A DNA stretch of 64,000 nt from the human T2T-CHM13v2.0 reference genome, Homo sapiens. Positions within the stretch are counted from its first letter, which is position 1; every line of letters starts with the position of its first letter. Under the pieces are notes generated by a model. It was not told where the DNA came from. It worked only from the letters and a program-made list of their open reading frames with translations, and searched no databases. The translations under genes were made by a program, and so were the position numbers. The stretch lies in the NCBI RefSeq assembly GCF_009914755.1, contig NC_060931.1, one strand, 5' to 3'. Positions 56,325-64,000 of this stretch are shown here, piece by piece.

Positions 56325-57990
56325 ATCAAGTTTTTTGAGATGAACTTATATGCAATGATATAACTAATTTTAAATGTGTGATTTGATGAGATTTAACATA
56401 TTTATTGAGTTATGTAAACACCACTACAATCATGATAAAACGTCTTCATTAACCCTATATTTTCCTGTGCCTTATCGCAGTCAACTGCTGAACTCCATGC
56501 TCAATCCTCGGGAAATGCTGATCTGTTTCTGTCACTATATTTCTGTTTGTTATAAAATTACAGTATGTATTAGTTTGTGTTTGGGTGATTTCACTTAGAA
56601 TAACTAATTTAAGCATCACCCATGTTGTAGAGTATATCAGCAATTTGGTTTTTTATTGCTGAATACTATCCATTGCATTGATATATCACAATGTGTTTAT
56701 CCTTTTTCAGTTGATAGGCATTTGGGTTGTTTCATGTTCCTAGCTATTATGAGTAAAACTTCTGTAAGCATTGGAGTACAAACTGTTGTGCAGACATATA
56801 ACTTTATTTCTCTTGGAAAATACCTAGCAGTGAGATTCCTGCAACAAATGGAAAATGAATGTCTAAATGTATATTGCTAAAAATGTACACTGTTTTACAA
56901 GGTAACAGAGTCATTTTGCACTACCACCAAAAATATCTGAAATCCAATAGTTCACATTCTTGTCAACAGTTGTCATTGTCAGACTATTAAAATTTAGCCA
57001 ATTAGTCATTCTAATGAATGTATAGTAGTTGTATCTCCTTGTAATTTTAACTTGTGTTTTTCTAATTAATAATTATGCTGAACATGTATTTCATTTGTTT
57101 ATTTCCTATCCTTATTTTTTTCTTGGTGAAGTGCTTGTTTTAATCTCATGCTGGAGTTTGTTGAACTACTTGGATAAATGAATCTATAATTTTCATTGAA
57201 ATTATAAAATATTCAGTCATTATTCTTCGATAATTTTTTTCTGTTTCCCCTTCTGTGATTCCAATTATATGCATACAAATACTCTCTTCTTTATTAAGTT
57301 GTTTTTTTCTCTTTTTCCTCATTTTAGATAGTTCACTTTTCTTATTTTATTTTAACATATTCTAATGCATTTCTATTGCAGATATTTTCTTTTTTATTGA
57401 TACAAGCTCTACTTAAGTCTTTCACATGTCTTCTAATTCTAACCCGATCATGTTCACATTTCCCTCTTCCATCTTCAACAAATAGAGGATATTTATAATA
57501 GCTGTTCTGAGGTCCTTATTTGCCAAATTTACTATCTCTGTCAATTATTGATCTTTTTTATTGATTTTTATTCTGGTAAGAGCTGTATTTCTCTTTTTAT
57601 TTATATTATCAGAAAAATTTTATTAAATGCCATATGTATGAATTTTAACTTGTGAGGTGCTGAATTTTGTTTTATTCTTTGAAACAGTGATGGCCTTTGT
57701 TCTGAATTTCAGTGTTTTACTTGGAATCAGTTTAAAGCTTCTGAGTTTATTTTGTTTGTTTTCTTAGGGAATTTTAAGAGCCACCAGAAGTCAAGGACTA
57801 ATTTGGCCCAACTACTGAGGAAAGATGATTCTGGGGCCTTTATAATTTGTCCAGTAGGAATAAGATCTTTCCCAGCTTTTTATGAGTTCCAGGCATTGCT
57901 TATCCTGCTACTTCCTGTGTGTTTTTTTCCCCAGCCTTAGATAAACTCCTCTCATCCATATGCAGGTCAACATTCAGTACTTTAATGCTC
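56325..57990 (-). mobile_element. Old L1M(D/E) fragments
   Basis: ttgagatgaacttatatgcaat...gttgataggcatttgggttgtttc antisense 3' end, then ORF1-like text. Confidence 0.7.
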
Positions 57991-59109
57991 AAAGGACTTT
58001 GTGTATATAGAGAAATTTATAATTCATAGTTTGTCTAATGCTCAGTGCTAAATTAATAAAATATTGTTTTCAATATTTAACTATAAATTTTATAACAAAA
58101 AAACCAAAATCAATACATTTCTCCAATCAAGAATTCTTCATCAAACATTATTTAAAACTTAATTAAATTTATCCAAAATAATGATCACAATATATTTAAA
58201 CTCTTGGCTATTTAAAACACCTGAAAAAAACTAATTATAAAAGTTTGATTAAAGTTACTACAGCTGCTACTGTTATTACATCCTGTGGATTTATTTGTTC
58301 ATTATCCTATAGTCATTTAAATCTTATTGACATGTAGAAATACTTAGGTTTCTATATCAGGCTCAAGAAATAGGAACACTAACTCAGAGATTCTGAGTTG
58401 GGAAAGTCCAAGTGATTTTCAACTTAATTTTATGGTGAAAAAAATAGTTGGTTGAGTCTTCCATATTAATACAAAATTTTGGCTCATGAGGCTTTTTGTA
58501 CTTAAATAATAAAGGGACTTATTATTTTATAATGTCCCTATTTGTAATGTCACCAACACTTCCCAAGACAATGGCATTTACTCTGTTCTGGAACAACCAA
58601 TCCACTTCCCTTCCAAGTTTATTAAGTTAATATAAAGAGTGTTTGGCCCAGTTTACTATTTTATCATGATGCTTACTTGGCATCAGACTGTTCATTAAGA
58701 AGTTTCATCTCCCAGAAGGTGAGAGGCTAATTCTGTATATTTCATATCTATTATGGTTCATTTGGCTAATTCAACATTTTGCTACTTCTCACCTACAAAG
58801 CACAGGTTTATTTCCAATCTCGCCCCAACACGTTGGTTTATTTACAGTTCCACATATCTCTTTACCCAGCTGGAAAAAATAGATTTATACTATATAAAAT
58901 AATATATAATAAAAGAAACCAAACACCTGCATATTATAGCATATACATATATAATACATATATATTACATATTATATACACATATATATAACAATTACAT
59001 ATGTACATATATGTCTATATATGTATATATTTTTACTTATAGCACATAATATATAAAGAGCTTAGGTTATTAACTAATCTTAATATTTATAAAATATTTT
59101 CATTTGTTA

Positions 59110-59380
<271 letters not shown>

Positions 59381-60106
59381 CTAGGACTTTATCACAAACA
59401 AAAATGTATTATGACTAAGGAATTAGGCAATTATTTAGCTTGCCAAGGCATGTTGCTTCAGATTTCAGGGAATATCCAGAAAAATCACAGACTAATGATA
59501 TACTTTCAGGTGTAGCAATAGACACATTGATAAATTAGGTATTCCCAACTAAACATCACTGTAATTGTAATCATGACAAAGATAAATATGCAGATCCTCC
59601 TTTTGGTTATGTGTCACATCTTCTGCCTTGCTAAATTAGCAATTTATTATGAAATTGCTATCTTAAAGAGCAATGTGTATCTCTCTCCATTTATTCGTCT
59701 ACCCATCTCTATGTAGCAAAGTCAGAGGAAGAAAAAAAATACTAGTAGGCTACAGAAGATTATTATTTTCTTTAAATTACTTCATACATATATGTTTGTT
59801 TTTTGTTTTTGTAGTGGGGAAGATGGAAGGAGGTTGGCCATTGCATTGCTTCCAAGTCAAAAACTGTACAGAAGTTTTACTAAACAGACCACTGTTTTAG
59901 TAATCTAGTAAGAGATACAATAAAAATATAAAAATAATATAGTGAGCTCTTTTTTTTATCTTCATCTTTAATAAATCAGTTCTTGGATAGTGGGAAATCA
60001 GCTATTGGTAAGGTTAAAATGCTATGTATACATGTTCCCAAATTCCTCATAAATAGAAATCTGAAATGGAATCCTCACAATTTGTCAAGTTTACACTGAT
60101 GTCAAG

Positions 60107-62746
60107 TGTTATGGTTTGGCTCTGTGTCCCCACCAAAATATCACCTTGAATTGTAATAATCTCCATATGTCAAAGGCAGGACAAGGGGAAGATAAATGAA
60201 TCATTGGGGCAGTTTTCCACATGCTGATCTTTTGATAGTGAGTGAGTTCTCATGAGATTTGATAGTTTTGTTTTGTTTTTGTTTTTTACCTTTTTTCTTT
60301 CTTTTTTTTTTTGAGACAGAGTCTTGCTCTGTCTCCCAGGCTGGAGCGCAATGGCATGATATCAGCTCACTGTGACCTCCACCTCCTGGGTTCAATCGAT
60401 TCTCCTGCCTCAGCCTCCTGAGTAGCTGGGATTACAGGTGTGCACCACCACATCCTGCTAATTTTGTAATTTTAGTAGAGACAGGGTTTCACCATGTTGC
60501 TCAGGCTGGTCTTGAACTCCTGACCTTGTGATCCAACTGCCTCGGCCTCCCAAAGTGCTGGGAATAGAGGTGTGAGCCACCACAACTGCCTGAGATGTGA
60601 TAGTTTTATAAGGAGTTTCCCCCTTCACTTGGCACTCATTCTCTCTCCTGCTGCCTTATAAAGAGGTGTCTTGTGCAGTAATTGTAAATTTCCTGAGGCC
60701 CCTTCAGCCATGTGGAACTGTGACTAAATTAAACTTATTTCCTTAATAAGTTACCCAGTCTTGGGTACTTCTTCATAGCAGTGTGAGTACTTCAAATTGG
60801 TACCAGGATTGAGGCACTGCTATAAAGATACCCAAAAATTTGGAAGCGACTTTGGAACTAGGTATCAGGCAGAGGTTGGAACAGTTTGGAGAGCTCAGAA
60901 CAAGACCGAAATATGTGTAAAACTTTGGAACTTCCTAAGGACTTGGAGGGGTCAGAAGACAGGAAGATGTGGGAAAGTTTAGAACTTCCTGGAGACTTGC
61001 TGAATGGCTTTGACCAAAATGCTGATAGTGATATGCATAAAGAAGTCCAGACTGAGGTTGTCTCAGATGAAGATAAAGAACTTCTTGGGTACTGGGGTAA
61101 ATGTGATTCTTGCTATGCTTTAGCAAAGAGACTGGTGGCATTTTGCCCCATACTAGAGATCTGTGGAACTTTGAACTTAAGAGGGATGATTTAGGGTATC
61201 ATCAATTTTTTTCCGGCAAGAAATTGTTAAGCAACAAAGTATTCAAGAGCAAGCAGAACATAACAGTTTGGAAAATTTGCAGCTAGACAATGCAGTAGAA
61301 AAGAACAACCAATTTTCTGGGGTGAAATTCAAGCCCACTTTAGAAATTTGCATAAGTAACATGGAAACAAATGTTAATCACCAAGACAATGGAGAAAATG
61401 TCTCCACGGCATGTCAAAGCCTGTTGAGGTAACCCCTCCTATCAAAGGCCTAGAGTCCTAGGAGGAAAAACTGGTTTTGTGGGCCAGGTCTAGGGCCCTG
61501 CTGCTGTGTCCAGCCTGGGACTTGGTGCCCTGCATTGCAGCTGCTCTAGCCATGGCTAAAACAGGCCAAAGTACAGTGCAGGCCATTTCTTCAGAGGTTG
61601 CAAGCCCTAAGCCTTGTGAGCTTCCATGTGGTCTTGAGCCTATTGGTGTATAGAAGTCACAAATTGAGGTTTGGGAACTTCTCCCTAAATTTCAGAGGAT
61701 GTATGGAAATGCCCAGAAGTCCAGGAAGAAGCTTGCTGCAGGGATGGAGCCCTCATGGAGAACCTCTGCTAAGGCAGTGCAGAAGAAAAATATGGGGTTG
61801 GAGCACCCACACAGAATCCCCTCGGGGCACTGCCTAATGGAGCTGTGACAAAAAGGCTACCATCCTCCAGATCCCAGAATCGTAGATTCACCAACAGCTT
61901 GCATTGTGCACCTGGAAAAGACACAGGCACCCAACTCCAGCCTGCAAAAGTAGCCGGGAATGGGGCTGTACCTTGCAAAGTCAAAGGGACAAAACTACCC
62001 AAAGCCATGGGACACCACCTTGTGAATCAGCATGCCCTGGATGTAAGACATGAAGTCAAAGGAGATCATTTTGGAAATTTAAGGTTTAATGACTGCCCTA
62101 TTGGATTTTGGACTTGCATGGGACCTGTAGCCTCTTTGTTTTGACCAATTTCTCCCATTTGGAATGGGAGCATTTACCCAACGCCTGTACTCCCATTGTC
62201 TAGGAAGTAACTAACTTGCTTTTGATTTTGCAGGCTCATAGGCATAAGGGACTTGCCTTGTCTCAGATGAGAATTTGGACATGGCTTTTGGGTTAATGTT
62301 GGAATGAGTTAAGTCTTGGAGGACTGTTGGGAAGGCATGATTGTGTTTTGAAATGTGAGGACATGAGATTTGGGAGGGGCCAGGGATTGAATGGTATGGT
62401 TTGTCTCTGTGTCCTTACGCAAATCTCATCCTGAATTATAATAATAATACCCATGTCTCAAGATCAGGACCAGGTGGAGATATTTGAATCATGGGGGAGT
62501 TTTCCCCCATGCTGTTCTCATGATAGTGAGTTCTCATGAGATCTGTTGGTTTTATAACGGACTTCCCCATTTGCTCTGCACTCATTCTCTCTCCCTCCAT
62601 CTTGTGAGGTGGTGCCTTCAACCATGATGGTAGTTTCCTGAGGCCTCTCTAGCCATGTGGAACTGTGAGTCAATTAAACCCCTTTTCTTTATAAATTATC
62701 CAGTCTTGGTTATTTCTTAATAGCAGCCTGAGAAGAAACTAATATA
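60107..62746 (+). mobile_element. Full THE1 (THE1C/D-like) element: LTR 60107-~60790 with Alu inside, internal, LTR 62392-62746
   Basis: Two homologous LTRs; internal homologous to 16909-18456. Confidence 0.93.
60270..60590 (-). mobile_element. AluS inserted in THE1 5' LTR
   Basis: TSD TGAGATTTGATAGTTTT / TGAGATGTGATAGTTTT (60253-60269 / 60591-60607). Confidence 0.95.
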
Positions 62747-62949
62747 CCAAACCAAAAGTTAAAAATTAAATTTAGTAGTATGCTGCTCATTTCCACTACC
62801 AAAACATTAATGTACACATACTTCAGAATACTTATTATTTTTGACACTCTAACGGGAAAGAATCTGAGATTATAAAGACGTTTTTGGTGAGGTTAATCTG
62901 AGCAGCATTAGTGGCTAACATATTGGGAATAGGCAAACTTATACTATGG

Positions 62950-63045
62950 ATCACTAATTAGAATATCCTTTTAATCTCCAGTGTCAGTTTCCGTAGTCAC
63001 AAAATGAGGTTGCTGAGCTAAATGATCATTAATATACTTTCATAT
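62950..63045 (+). mobile_element. MIR core fragment
   Basis: tcagtttccgtagtcacaaaatgaggttgctgagctaaatgatc. Confidence 0.5.
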
Positions 63046-63164
63046 TTGATTATTCTTTTCTAAGCAGGTTTTAAGTTTTCAAATAAAGAAATGTTGATGA
63101 GAGTGGGTCTGCAAGAAAAGAAAACAGAGAAGCCTGGTTTAGGGTACTATGATTATTTTGCTTT

Positions 63165-63200
63165 TATATATATATATATGTATAGTATATATATGTATAG

Positions 63201-63228
<28 letters not shown>
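63165..63228. repeat. Compound (TA)n microsatellite
   Basis: TA runs interrupted by tgtatag units. Confidence 0.9.
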
Positions 63229-63231
<3 letters not shown>

Positions 63232-64000
63232 TCACTTGCCAATAGGATGGTAAAATTCTTGTATTTTGGCTGTGTTAGAAAAAAATTGTTCTTAGTTTAA
63301 CTTATCAATTCTATTTATTTTTTTCTACAATGCTTAAGAGAATGCACACTAAATGTATGTCAAGCCATACAATATTCATCAATTAAAAACAAGAAGAAAC
63401 TTTATATGTACTCAGTGTATCTGAATAGATTCACTCTGTTCTGGCTCAGATTATTAATATAAAGATTTTTATTGCTTCTATATTTTCCTTTTAATCATTA
63501 GTTTAATTATCTCAAGCCCATATCTATTTTTTCTTCTGAGATAAAGTACTGCCACTAAATATTCAGGCTCCAGTTACATGTCAAGTAAATGGCCCTTGAA
63601 ATCTAATCCTCTAAATCTTTAAATTCAAACACTTATTTCCAGAATATATCTGTGGCTCTAAGCTATTAAATACAAAATCTTCACATTTTGGCCTTCACTT
63701 ACACATTGCACTTAAACCTCATTCCAATATTGGTGGTATTTTATTAGCAAATTTGATCTGCATCCATGGTCAGTGATCTTGCTGATTACCCAAACTTTAC
63801 ATATTGACATTTAAACAAACTTATATGATGAAATAGAATACTGTGTGGTTGGAGTAGGGCAATGTTGGAGGGCAGTGTAGGATTCTCAACTTTCTTTAGT
63901 ATAAGGAAGGGAGATTCTGAAAGCAAACACATGATATATCAGGATCCCCCTCTTAGGAGCCTGTGGGCACCTACCCAAGCCTGGAAATAAAGGAATTAGT

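Noticed and set aside
60885-61000. ~57-bp tandem duplication in THE1 internal region, absent from the first THE1
   Set aside because: I recall this as a subfamily feature of some THE1 internals rather than locus-specific; not verified

Overview
Primate, most likely human, AT-rich, repeat-dense non-coding DNA (gene desert or deep intron). I could not support any host protein-coding exon, RNA gene or CRISPR array. Most of the window is a layered record of transposable elements: many mostly minus-strand L1s, six Alus (one with all six AluYg6 diagnostic bases), L2/MIR/L3 relics, two two-LTR THE1 MaLR elements and several solo LTRs. The largest intact element is a ~6.56-kb HERV-L provirus (41635-48193) with MLT2A LTRs, gag-pro-pol-dUTPase remnants and a GCATC target-site duplication (TSD). 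Nearly all ORFs in the supplied track are TE fragments or noise. I found no convincing novel biological system. The best leads are the HERV-L 5' LTR, which carries a perfect DUX4 site, two TAATCC (OTX/CRX-type) sites and a GTAAGT donor and so could be a promoter/first exon; the young AluYg6; and several local duplication and microsatellite-birth events. Subfamily names come from recall of consensus sequences and need RepeatMasker/Dfam confirmation. Boundaries of old elements are approximate.
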